This document shows, piece after piece, positions 30,171 to 39,744 of a stretch of DNA of 64,000 nucleotides. Source of the stretch: an uncultured Lachnospiraceae bacterium (GTDB lineage Bacteria; Bacillota; Clostridia; Lachnospirales; Lachnospiraceae); the NCBI GenBank assembly GCA_947175175.1, contig CAMWLV010000001.1:2358-66357 (forward strand), read 5' to 3'. Positions within the stretch are counted from its first letter, which is position 1, and the number at the start of each line of letters is the position of its first letter. The notes beneath the pieces were generated by a model. It saw nothing but the letters and a program-made list of their open reading frames with translations. It was not told where the DNA came from and searched no databases. The translations under genes were made by a program, and so were the position numbers.

Positions 30171-30921
30171 ATTTTGTCATGCAGATGTCAACTGCAGTCT
30201 TGTTCCAATATTATACGATATCTCTGTAGTGTTTCAAACAGGAGAAATCACGACTGTCATCGGTCCAAACGGCTGTGGCAAGACAACCCTGCTCCAGTGC
30301 CTGAATGGTTCCTCAAAAGTCACATCGGGCAGTATCAGGCTAGATGATATGGATTATCTAGCCATGCCTTTAAAAGAACGCGCACGCAGACTGTCTTTCC
30401 TGCCGCAAGTGCGCACCATCATTCCCGCACTGCCTGTCAGGACACTAGTCGAACATGGGCGTTTTCCGCACCTGGGGTTTACGCGCAGGAAATCCCAGAA
30501 AGATATTGCAATCGTTGAAAAAGCCATGAATTTTGCGCATGTCAGTCCCTATGCTGCTCAATATGCTGACACACTCTCAGGAGGAATCCGGCAGCGCGCT
30601 TTTTTTGCCATGTCACTTGCACAGGACTGCGATTATATCGTATTGGACGAGCCCACCACATACCTTGATCTGAATGGGCAGCGTGAATTTATGGAAATGA
30701 TCATTCAGTTAAAAAAACAGGGGAAAACTATCATTCTTGTCCTTCATGATCTCGGACAGGCACTTCGGATTTCTGACACGCTTGTCATAATGCAGGACAG
30801 AAAAATAGCTGCCACAGCCACCCCAAAAGAGTGTCTGCAACAGCACATTATTGAAGATGTATTCGATATTCGTATCAAAGAATTTTCTGACGATGAGGGC
30901 AGTTATTACTTTTTTTATTAA
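30163..30921 (+). CDS. FecE/BtuD-type ABC ATPase
   Basis: GPNGCGKTT, LSGG, VLDEPTTYLD. Confidence 0.92.
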   Translation: MLEFCHADVNCSLVPILYDISVVFQTGEITTVIGPNGCGKTTLLQCLNGSSKVTSGSIRLDDMDYLAMPLKERARRLSFLPQVRTIIPALPVRTLVEHGRFPHLGFTRRKSQKDIAIVEKAMNFAHVSPYAAQYADTLSGGIRQRAFFAMSLAQDCDYIVLDEPTTYLDLNGQREFMEMIIQLKKQGKTIILVLHDLGQALRISDTLVIMQDRKIAATATPKECLQQHIIEDVFDIRIKEFSDDEGSYYFFY

Positions 30922-32018
30922 TCTGTGTCTGTTTCCTCACCATATAAAATGTCTGCGAGCTTTTGATATGCCTCTCCCCACCTTGCGTTGGGTTTGAGAT
31001 TATACAACTCCTTCTCTAGGACAAAATATCTGTCATTTTTCACTGCGGAAAGATTGTTCCATGCAGGATTATTCAGCAGGGTCTCCTCGATGTTCTGCTG
31101 CACTGCCCTGGCGTCCTTTCCCTGTGTCGTCACAAAGATAAAGTCCGGATCTGCAGCGATGATCGCCTCCATGCTGAGATCATCGAGCAAGCTGTTATCG
31201 TCATCTGCGACATTGACGCATCCCAGATCGGCAAGCATCTCACCACCAACATTTCCGTAGCTGCCTTTTGCCTTGATACTTGATGCACTTGCACGCAAAA
31301 ACACAATCTTAGGTGCTTCCTTTCCCTCCAGATTTCTCTGGTTTACGAGTTCTCTCGCCGCATCAACCTGTTTCTGCACCTCTGTTCCATTCTTGGCATA
31401 CAGGTCTTTTCGCCCTGTGATATCTGTACAGACTTCGAGCATATTCATATATTCATTAAAATTGGACACCGAAAAATACGCCACTGTGATGCCAGAATCC
31501 GTGAGAATCTTTTCCATTTTTACATCCGCGTCTGTATTAGCGCTTGCAATGACCAGATCTGGTTTTGCAGCGATGATTTTTTCGATGTCCGGCTCCACAT
31601 GGGAACCGATGTTTACTACATCTGCGCCCAGATTCAGCTCAAAACTGTCCCACGAATCATTGGCAGCCCCCACCACTTCGCCGCCTGCTAGCAGCCATAT
31701 ATCCGTGAAGCTCCCAATCATGGTGATCACCCTGTCATAACTCTCCACAGTGACATTTCTGCCGATGTCATCAATAAAAGCAACCCCTGTTTCCTCCGCC
31801 AGTAACGCCTCCTCTTCCTCTCGTTTCTCTGCTTCTTTCTCCAGCTTTTCGTCGAGTATCGTACTCCTTGATTCTCCCTCGCTGTGCTGCTCCTCAGCCG
31901 CCTCAACAGTGCTGCCTGTCGCTGCTTTTGCCGCCGGGTCTTTGTCCGCACACCCCTGTAGCAGCAAAACTGCCATCAAGAAGGGAAGTATCAATTCTTT
32001 CACATTATATTTTATCAT
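30918..32018 (-). CDS. Iron-siderophore/cobalamin-type substrate-binding lipoprotein
   Basis: Lipobox LLLQGC; FIDDIGRNV, PDIEKIIAAKPDLVI, WNNLSAVKNDR. Confidence 0.88.
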   Translation of the reverse strand: MIKYNVKELILPFLMAVLLLQGCADKDPAAKAATGSTVEAAEEQHSEGESRSTILDEKLEKEAEKREEEEALLAEETGVAFIDDIGRNVTVESYDRVITMIGSFTDIWLLAGGEVVGAANDSWDSFELNLGADVVNIGSHVEPDIEKIIAAKPDLVIASANTDADVKMEKILTDSGITVAYFSVSNFNEYMNMLEVCTDITGRKDLYAKNGTEVQKQVDAARELVNQRNLEGKEAPKIVFLRASASSIKAKGSYGNVGGEMLADLGCVNVADDDNSLLDDLSMEAIIAADPDFIFVTTQGKDARAVQQNIEETLLNNPAWNNLSAVKNDRYFVLEKELYNLKPNARWGEAYQKLADILYGEETDTD

Positions 32019-32047
32019 CTCCTCATAGCCTCCTCTTCTAACTTCTA

Positions 32048-32230
32048 TCACACAAACTGATTTTTTTCTTCGTCGTAATGATAATCGATTTGGCTCAATT
32101 TGTCTACTATTTTTTTCATATCCTCATCTGTGTCCTCACAGAATGCCTCAAGACTTGGATAAAAGTCCCTGAGCTTGAGATTCATATAGCTTAACAGCAT
32201 CACTGGATCATTTGGTATCATATCACTCAC
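32048..32230 (-). CDS. DUF4250-like small protein
   Basis: IPNDPVMLLSYMNLKLRDFYPSLEAFC...YDEEKNQF. Confidence 0.8.
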   Translation of the reverse strand: MSDMIPNDPVMLLSYMNLKLRDFYPSLEAFCEDTDEDMKKIVDKLSQIDYHYDEEKNQFV

Positions 32231-32241
32231 TCCTTCTCATT

Positions 32242-33222
32242 TTATGCGCTTAAACTGACAATTATGAGCTCAACGCTGAGCACATCAGGCATGCGCCCTG
32301 TCTTGACGTTCTCCTCCGCCTCCACGCAGGTTTTCAGTGCGGCTTCAAGCTGTGGCAGCTTAAACTGTGCCGCCTGCGGGATATATTTCTTTTTCAGGAA
32401 ATAGGGATTGAGCCCTGTCTGTTTGGCAATCTCGCTCTCCTGATATCCTTTTGACTTCATTTCCTTCACCTGCAGAAGCATATTGAACTGCCGGGCGATC
32501 AGCGCCAGTATCTTCATCGGCGCTTCCTTCAGGGCAAGCAGATTATAGTAAAGATTCAGTGCCTGTTTCTGCCTTTTCTGTGCAACTGCCTCCACCATGT
32601 CAAAGATCTGGTTCTGTATCTGTACTATGCACAGTTCTTCCACATCCGCAGCTGTAATTCCTTCCTCGTAATACTTATAGCAGACAAGCTTCTCCACTTC
32701 CCGTCTGATGTTCTCCATGTTCGTTCCTGTCTTATCCAATAGGAGATTCAGCGCATCGGGCGTAATCAGCTTGTTTTCTTTTTTCAGCAGTCCCATAACC
32801 CACTTTTTAAGCATTGCCTCGTCCTGCATCTCGCAGAGCGCCGCATAGCCGTTTGACGTAACTGCCTTAAAAAGCTTGTTCCGCTTATCAATCTCCTCTT
32901 CCACAAAAATCATACAGGTAGTATCTGGAAGCTCTTTTACGAGTGTGGCAATCTGCTCATTTCCGCTTTTGAACCAGCCGCTGTTCTCGACAATAATCAC
33001 CCTGCGCTCCGCAAAAAACGGCATTGTACCCGCCAGATCAACGACTTCGTTTGCATTGATGTCCTTGCCGGAATACACACTGCAGTTCATGGTATCATCG
33101 TCCGACACCAGTGCTTTCCTTAAATTATCGCGGTACTGTCTGCGCAGATATGCCTCCTCCCCATAGAGAAGGTAGAGATTCCCAAGCTGACCGCTCTTGA
33201 TGTCCTGTGCTATCCTCTTCAT
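32242..33222 (-). CDS. holA: DNA polymerase III subunit delta
   Basis: LYLLYGEEAYL, TMPFFAERRVIIV; position downstream of comEC. Confidence 0.92.
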   Translation of the reverse strand: MKRIAQDIKSGQLGNLYLLYGEEAYLRRQYRDNLRKALVSDDDTMNCSVYSGKDINANEVVDLAGTMPFFAERRVIIVENSGWFKSGNEQIATLVKELPDTTCMIFVEEEIDKRNKLFKAVTSNGYAALCEMQDEAMLKKWVMGLLKKENKLITPDALNLLLDKTGTNMENIRREVEKLVCYKYYEEGITAADVEELCIVQIQNQIFDMVEAVAQKRQKQALNLYYNLLALKEAPMKILALIARQFNMLLQVKEMKSKGYQESEIAKQTGLNPYFLKKKYIPQAAQFKLPQLEAALKTCVEAEENVKTGRMPDVLSVELIIVSLSA

Positions 33223-33320
33223 TTTGATATCCTTTACATGTTAAAATTGTTCTGTTAAATTTCCCTATCTCAAAACTGCTCCTCAAATGATATTGGCAGA
33301 TTTTAGTTCTTGGAATAATA

Positions 33321-35609
33321 TCACTTGATAAAGTTTTCTACCTCGTATTTCCCGTTTTTAATTTTTATCATAATGGCTCCTGTGTCCTTCGTTATCCTTA
33401 TATCACTTCCGATATCTTCGAGCTTCTCTATCGTCTCTGCATGCGGGTGGCCGTAACTGTTGCCCTCCCCGCAGGATATAATGGCAAGCTCTGGTTTGAT
33501 CAGCGATATCAACTCCTCCGTGTTAGAGTACCTTGAACCATGATGAGACGCCTTGTAAATATCAATACCCGCAAAATCAGCTATCCCACGAAGTTTTTCT
33601 GATGCCGCCCGTTCCCCGTCAGCCTCCACATCTCCTGTCAAAAGCGCTGTCACGCCATCTCTGGTTTCCAGTTTCATGACAAGGGAATATGCATTGCGGG
33701 AATCCGTCTCATAATCCCCCTGCGGGTGAAGCACTTCAAACCTGAGCCCACGCGCTTCTATCCCGTCACCGGCTTTTAAACGGTATATTGGTATCTCTCT
33801 CTCATCACACAATGCTGCCAGCTTCTCATACGCCGCATCCTCAATGACAGACTCTGATATACAGACCCTGCTGATCTCGATTTCCATATCATCACTGTTT
33901 CCCTCAAGCATTTCCATCACGCCGGATATATGGTCACTGTCAAGGTGTGTCAGAAATACTGCATCCAGTTTTGCGACACCCTTGTACTTCAGATATGGAA
34001 TAATCGTATATGTCCCGACCTTGCTCTCCGATGTGCTTCCACCATCCACCAGAAAATGTTCTCCTTTCGCACTCTCAATCCAGATACAATCCCCCTGCCC
34101 CACATCCAGAAAGGTCACAGACACGCCGTCAACCGGGGAATCGCTGAGCAAAATGACCGCCGCAAGCACCGTCATAAGCCTGACCTGCAATGGCAATCCT
34201 ATATTGATACCCCGCTTTTCACATGCTTTGCCTTTTGACAGATACTTTCCATAATGATGTGCTGCATATAAAAATATCACAACTGCACCAAATGCATAGA
34301 TTCTCCAGTCCTCTGGTCTCCCCACAATCCAGTTCGCAAGCGGAAGTTTTAAGGACATCACACACAGCCATTCAAATAGGGAAAGCAGCGCATGGCACAT
34401 CAATCCCACAAGCTTTGCCATGCCAAGTCCAAGCACCACGGGCAGACTTCCAACACCAAGGCATAAAAGTCCTGCCGCCATCAGAAAGGTCATCGCAGGG
34501 ATAATCACCAGATTCAGCAAAAACGAGTATATCGGAAATTCATAATACACGCACAGCATAATGGGAAAATGTATCAGAAAGATACTGAGACTTCCACATA
34601 ATGACAAGACAATCTTATCTGTCAGGCACTGTCTCTTCCCGCGCCTTGCGGGTTTCACAACATCAGACAGACACCCCACACCCAGAATCGCCCCAAAAGA
34701 AAGCTGAAATCCCGAATGATACAGATACAACGGCTGCTCCAATAAAATCAGCATCGCCGCAAGCGCCAGCGCCGTGAGCATGTCATAAGTCCGCCGCAGC
34801 ATCTGTGCCACAAGCTGCATACCAAACATGAACACTGCCCTGTACGCCGAACTGCTCATACCAACCATATCCCCATAGGCAATCATCAATCCAACAGATA
34901 CCACCGCGCATACTGGCTGCGGAATATATACTTTGCGCAGCAGTTTATACAATCCCATGCCCAGAAGTGTGATATGAAGCCCTGAAATCGCCAAAATATG
35001 CGCTATACCGCTTTTCTGAAAAAGCTGCTTGCTCTGTGTATCAAGCCCTGACTTATTTCCGAGGAGTACTGCCTTCATGATAGATGCATCCTTTGGCGCA
35101 AGTGCCTTGTCAAATATCCCTTCAAAATGGCACCTGAGCTGATATAATATCTCGTGATATGCGGAATATCTGCTGCTTTCCGTGCATATCCCGGCTTTGT
35201 AAAGCCTGAAATCCACACCAAGAATCTGATAATATTCCTGTGCGTCAAATTCTCCTGGATTTCCCGCCCTGTCAAAATAGGACACCACTCCCTCAACGGC
35301 AACCATACTCCCAGCTTTGGGCTCTGCCAACCCTTCATCAGCTTCGATATAGCAGATCACATTGCCCCTTTTCACCTTTTCCGCATTTTGTTCTAAGTCA
35401 GGACTCCATCTCTGGACATTTTTAAGCTGGATTACCAATGTATTCTTTTGATATTCGCTTTTGTATTCCTTTTGACATACTTCCCCCAAAAGTGTAATTC
35501 TCTCACCTTCCGGCAAATCATGCACCGGTTCCGGCGGCGGACTGATCTTTAGATATAAGAACACAGTCACCACAAATGCCACACAGACGCAGCACAGTGG
35601 TCTCCTCAT
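33321..35609 (-). CDS. comEC: Competence DNA-uptake channel ComEC/Rec2
   Basis: NPGEFD, GIAHILAISGLHI, metallo-beta-lactamase domain (FLDVGQGD, THLDSDH, HHGS, NSYGHPH). Confidence 0.95.
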   Translation of the reverse strand: MRRPLCCVCVAFVVTVFLYLKISPPPEPVHDLPEGERITLLGEVCQKEYKSEYQKNTLVIQLKNVQRWSPDLEQNAEKVKRGNVICYIEADEGLAEPKAGSMVAVEGVVSYFDRAGNPGEFDAQEYYQILGVDFRLYKAGICTESSRYSAYHEILYQLRCHFEGIFDKALAPKDASIMKAVLLGNKSGLDTQSKQLFQKSGIAHILAISGLHITLLGMGLYKLLRKVYIPQPVCAVVSVGLMIAYGDMVGMSSSAYRAVFMFGMQLVAQMLRRTYDMLTALALAAMLILLEQPLYLYHSGFQLSFGAILGVGCLSDVVKPARRGKRQCLTDKIVLSLCGSLSIFLIHFPIMLCVYYEFPIYSFLLNLVIIPAMTFLMAAGLLCLGVGSLPVVLGLGMAKLVGLMCHALLSLFEWLCVMSLKLPLANWIVGRPEDWRIYAFGAVVIFLYAAHHYGKYLSKGKACEKRGINIGLPLQVRLMTVLAAVILLSDSPVDGVSVTFLDVGQGDCIWIESAKGEHFLVDGGSTSESKVGTYTIIPYLKYKGVAKLDAVFLTHLDSDHISGVMEMLEGNSDDMEIEISRVCISESVIEDAAYEKLAALCDEREIPIYRLKAGDGIEARGLRFEVLHPQGDYETDSRNAYSLVMKLETRDGVTALLTGDVEADGERAASEKLRGIADFAGIDIYKASHHGSRYSNTEELISLIKPELAIISCGEGNSYGHPHAETIEKLEDIGSDIRITKDTGAIMIKIKNGKYEVENFIK

Positions 35610-35619
35610 TGTTATTTAT

Positions 35620-35682
35620 ACCCCCTTGCGTGCTTCGGCACGCATACCAATCAATCGTTTGAAAGCAACCTTCTTTCAAACG
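35620..35682 (-). repeat. Dispersed two-hairpin intergenic element, copy 2
   Basis: Minus strand CGTTTGAAAGAAGGTTGCTTTCAAACGATTGATTGGTATGCGTGCCGAAGCACGCAAGGGGGT, directly before the comEC ATG. Confidence 0.92.
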
Positions 35683-35690
35683 GTTCCCTT

Positions 35691-36650
35691 TTAATTTATG
35701 AGTGACAGATTGCGCTCAAATACAGTGGAAGCCTCATATTTATCACGAAACTTTCCATCCTTGTTCCCATCAATGGATATCTGTACTTTGTTAATGTTGC
35801 TCAGCTCCACAAGGGAATTGACAATCGAATAGATTGTCACATCCGTTGTCACATTATTTACAGCTGTAAGTATTGCACTGTCAAAGGTCAGATAGCAGAT
35901 ATTATCCCTGACAGTGATATTAACAAGTTTTGTATCTGGACTGATGGTCGGATAAGTTTCGTTATTTTTTGGCCCGCTGATCAATTGCTCAACTACCAGT
36001 TTTTCCATCGGTACATTCGATATGTCCGCATTGTGAGCAAGTTCCCTGTTGACAGCAACCAGTCCGTCACCATCCTCATTTGCAAAATACAGCCGCAGTG
36101 TCACAGTACTGTTCACTGTTTCCACCTGTGCACCAGCATTATTCACAAACATATCCGATGTCATAACCCCGATTGCATTTCCCGATGTATCTGTCAGGGA
36201 TTCTCCATTTACCGTAAGCATCACATAATTAACATCTGGTATATTCGTAAGGCTTCTGACAAGGGCTGCCCTCGTAAGCACCTCTGTTGTCCTCGAAAGC
36301 TCTTTGTATTTCTCCCCAAGTGATACAATCACCTGTTCTCCATCATAAGAATAGGTGATAATGTTAATCCCGCTCGTGAGCGTCGCCTTTAATTCCTTGT
36401 TGTCTGGAACGGAACACAACAACGTCAACACCTCCACGATCATATCCTTTGTGTCAGTACTCGTGAGATAATGTTTCTCCGTCACAAGCTTTGTCTCGTT
36501 TTTATTCAGATAAGAGATATCAATCGGTGTTCCCTGTGGCTCCTCCTCACTGCATCCAGTCATCAAAACAGTTGACAGAAACAGCAGACTCAACAGAAAA
36601 AGAACTTTATGATATCCCCTCAAAGGTTTCCAATCCATAAAACACCCCAT
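35691..36650 (-). CDS. GerMN-domain lipoprotein
   Basis: Lipobox LMTGC; two GerMN-like repeats (LRLYFANEDG, VEQLISGP, YSIVNSLVEL...VQISIDG). Confidence 0.85.
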   Translation of the reverse strand: MGCFMDWKPLRGYHKVLFLLSLLFLSTVLMTGCSEEEPQGTPIDISYLNKNETKLVTEKHYLTSTDTKDMIVEVLTLLCSVPDNKELKATLTSGINIITYSYDGEQVIVSLGEKYKELSRTTEVLTRAALVRSLTNIPDVNYVMLTVNGESLTDTSGNAIGVMTSDMFVNNAGAQVETVNSTVTLRLYFANEDGDGLVAVNRELAHNADISNVPMEKLVVEQLISGPKNNETYPTISPDTKLVNITVRDNICYLTFDSAILTAVNNVTTDVTIYSIVNSLVELSNINKVQISIDGNKDGKFRDKYEASTVFERNLSLIN

Positions 36651-38107
36651 TATTGCGCTATATAGGTAAGTGGTATCTTGACTGAGAATATAGTGCCTAT
36701 CCCTTCCTCGCTGTTCACGGTGATAGAGCCCCGGTGTCTGAGTATGGCGCTTTTAGTAATCGCAAGGCCCAATCCGGTGCCGCCAATCTCTTTTGAGTGG
36801 GATTTATCCACCCGGTAAAAGCGTTCATAAATATGTTCAATTGATTCCTGTGGAATACCAACTCCCGAGTCAGATACTTCAACAGTAAAATATTGATGGT
36901 CTGCATCAAGTATCACCTTCACCCAGCCACCCTTATTGTTATATTTAATCCCGTTTTCAACCAGGTTTGACAATGCCAGCGTCAGCTTGACCTCATCCAC
37001 CTCTGCACTCACTGGTCTGCGGCTCTCGAAGATCAGTTTGACTTCCGCCCTCGACGCAATCGGTCCCAGACGCTTCAGCAAAAGCTCAAGCACTGCATTG
37101 ATGTCTACCACCTCAACATTGATGTCAGTCGATGTCCTTGTCATTTTCACAAGGGACAATAAATCTGTAATAATCTTATTTTCTCTGTCAATCTCTGCCG
37201 CGATATCCGTCATAAACTCTCGGTAGAGCTCCGCCGGCACATCCTCCTGCGTGAGCAGGGAATCCGCCAGAACTTTCATGGAGGCAAGCGGCGTCTTCAA
37301 TTCATGGGATACGTTGGACACGAATTCCTGCCTGGAATCGTCGAGCACTTTCATCCTTCCCATCATCTGGTTAAATGCATCTCCGATATGCTCTGTCTCT
37401 ATATAGTCTGTAACACTGATCTCCTCATCCGTAAATCCATTTTTCACATCATTGATCGCATCTGTAATCTTTTCAAAGGGTTTTAACATCTTGCGGCTTA
37501 ACAAAAGGGCAAAACCAAATATGACCACCATAGCGACGATTTCCAACAGAAAAGCCCGGCTTTGTATATATTCATAACCATTCGTGATACTGTCTGTCGA
37601 CACACTGGTGAGCATTGCCCCGACCACACGCGACCTGTCCTCATGCTTCTCCTCTATGGGAACGATAATCTCAATATATCCCGCGTCTTTGAGACTGTTA
37701 GAGGCACCCTCACCCTTTAAGCACTTTATGATCGGCTCAGAGATCAATGTCTTTCCTTCGCTGACTGCGTAGGTATCCTTTATGATCCTGAGACCGCCAT
37801 CGATGATCAGCACACGCCCGTCATAGAGATTTGACAATTGTAAAAGCTCCGCATTGACTACATCATTACTGTTATCAAGCATGTAATTGTATGTAATCAG
37901 ATGATCCGCGATAATCCGCACCTGTGTCTGTACCTCTGTTGTTCTTGTCGCGATCGTATTATCCAGATATCGTTCCAGAATGCCAAAATGAAGCACGACG
38001 CAGGGCACAATCCCTGCTGCCATGATGATATAAAACATCCTCGTTTTCAGGCTTCTGAAACTCGTGACTATTTTTCCTTTTTTAATCTTATCCCAAAGTT
38101 TTGCCAC
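36650..38107 (-). CDS. Sensor histidine kinase
   Basis: FVSNVSHELKTPL, NLVENGIKYN, GGTGLGL. Confidence 0.93.
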   Translation of the reverse strand: MAKLWDKIKKGKIVTSFRSLKTRMFYIIMAAGIVPCVVLHFGILERYLDNTIATRTTEVQTQVRIIADHLITYNYMLDNSNDVVNAELLQLSNLYDGRVLIIDGGLRIIKDTYAVSEGKTLISEPIIKCLKGEGASNSLKDAGYIEIIVPIEEKHEDRSRVVGAMLTSVSTDSITNGYEYIQSRAFLLEIVAMVVIFGFALLLSRKMLKPFEKITDAINDVKNGFTDEEISVTDYIETEHIGDAFNQMMGRMKVLDDSRQEFVSNVSHELKTPLASMKVLADSLLTQEDVPAELYREFMTDIAAEIDRENKIITDLLSLVKMTRTSTDINVEVVDINAVLELLLKRLGPIASRAEVKLIFESRRPVSAEVDEVKLTLALSNLVENGIKYNNKGGWVKVILDADHQYFTVEVSDSGVGIPQESIEHIYERFYRVDKSHSKEIGGTGLGLAITKSAILRHRGSITVNSEEGIGTIFSVKIPLTYIAQ

Positions 38108-38174
38108 TTTTATCTCCTACTATAAAGAACTTTCCCTTGTTTTACCATCCTTGTATTTCTTTACAGTTCCATAC

Positions 38175-38867
38175 CTATTTATAATAATACCCTACACCCC
38201 ATTTTGTGTGTACGTATTTGGGTTCACTTGGGTTTGGTTCAATCTTTTCACGCAGTCTCCTGATGTGCACATCCACTGTCCTGACATCTCCTGGATAATC
38301 CTCTCCCCAAACAAGTTTTAGGAGATTATCCCTGCCATAAACCTTATTGGGATTGAGCACAAGCAATTCCAGGACATCAAATTCCTTTGCCGTGAGATTG
38401 ACTTCCTTTCCGCTGACATGAAGGCGCCTTCCCTCACAGTCGAGCCGCAGATCACCTGCCTCTATGATCTGTACCTTCTTCTCGTCTGGTTCTTTTGTCT
38501 TGGTGCCAGTTCTGCGTATGATCGCTTTGATTCTCGCCTTGACTTCAAGAATGTTAAACGGTTTGGTGATATAGTCGTCAGCCCCATACTCGAGTCCGAG
38601 TATCTTGTCCATATCCTCACCCTTTGCAGTGAGCATGATGACAGGCACATCAGAAAATTCCCTGATCTGCTGGCACACCTCCAGGCCCGTCAGCTTTGGA
38701 AGCATGATATCCAGCAAAATAATATCATATTTTTTATTCTTTGCCATCTCGAGCGCTTCCTCCCCATCATACGCGCATTCGACCTCCATGTCATCCTGCT
38801 CCAGACTGAACCGAAGTCCCTTCACGATCAGCTTCTCGTCATCTACCACCAAAACCTTTTTTCCCAT
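38175..38867 (-). CDS. OmpR-family response regulator
   Basis: VLVVDDE, LLDIMLP, GADDYITKPF, RTVDVHIRRLREKIE. Confidence 0.95.
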   Translation of the reverse strand: MGKKVLVVDDEKLIVKGLRFSLEQDDMEVECAYDGEEALEMAKNKKYDIILLDIMLPKLTGLEVCQQIREFSDVPVIMLTAKGEDMDKILGLEYGADDYITKPFNILEVKARIKAIIRRTGTKTKEPDEKKVQIIEAGDLRLDCEGRRLHVSGKEVNLTAKEFDVLELLVLNPNKVYGRDNLLKLVWGEDYPGDVRTVDVHIRRLREKIEPNPSEPKYVHTKWGVGYYYK

Positions 38868-38917
38868 TACTCCTGAATCTCCCAACTCAAATATGTTTTC
38901 TATATTATTAATATTTT

Positions 38918-39640
38918 TTATATCGTTATCTTATCTTTTATCTTTGAAAAAAGTCCGTCCTTGATACCGTCTACCTTCTTAATATCATCAATACTGCCAA
39001 ACCTGCCGTTCTTCTCCCTGTAATCCACGATCGCCTGTGCCCTGCTCGCCCCAATACCTGACACAGTTGTCAGTTCTGAGACGGTGGCTGTATTGATATT
39101 AACAAGACCAGAATCCTGCGCGGCCTCCCCTGACAGAGCAGTGTATGTCCCAGCCTCTTTCATCGCCATAGCTTCCTCCTGCGTCAGAATCACGACCTGT
39201 TCTCCGTCCATGATCTGCCTTGCCATATTGAGACAGTTTTCGTCGGCATCCGCTTTCAGTCCGCCCGCCAGCTCCACCGCCTCATACAAACGGCTTCCCT
39301 GCTTTAAGCTGTACACACCTGGAAGTTCAACCGCCCCGCACACATAGATATACACCTGCGGCTGCCCATTCTCAACTGTACTTATGCTCACTGAACTTGT
39401 CGCTTCGTCCAAAAATGACTCTTCTGTCATATTATTACTTGACCTATCCCCATCGTCAGATTCCTGTGCTGCTGTATACTCATTACCCAGTGTCATGGTA
39501 ACCTCGTCCCGCGCTGATGCACATCCACAGAGCAGCACTGACTCAAACAGTGCATATAAAAACACGCACATAGCACACATGAACTTTTTACTCACTATTT
39601 TATTTTCATTTTTTATTTTATCTCTTATCATGGATATCAC
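38918..39640 (-). CDS. comEA: Competence DNA receptor ComEA
   Basis: SLBB (VCGAVELPGVY) plus HhH (VNINTAT...GIGASRAQAIVDYREKNGRF). Start uncertain. Confidence 0.9.
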   Translation of the reverse strand: MISMIRDKIKNENKIVSKKFMCAMCVFLYALFESVLLCGCASARDEVTMTLGNEYTAAQESDDGDRSSNNMTEESFLDEATSSVSISTVENGQPQVYIYVCGAVELPGVYSLKQGSRLYEAVELAGGLKADADENCLNMARQIMDGEQVVILTQEEAMAMKEAGTYTALSGEAAQDSGLVNINTATVSELTTVSGIGASRAQAIVDYREKNGRFGSIDDIKKVDGIKDGLFSKIKDKITI

Positions 39641-39744
39641 ATACTCCTTCTCAGAGCCCCTCTATGCATACCCAATCATTATTTTATGCTAAAACGAAAT
39701 TTATTACAAGTGCGAATTTTTACATTTCAGCGCAATATTTGTTC

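Noticed and set aside
35620-35682. Repeat element as an intrinsic terminator or sigma-70 promoter
   Set aside because: No U-tract follows either hairpin. TTGAAA-17nt-TATTGA is a poor -10 and is GATTGA in copy 2.
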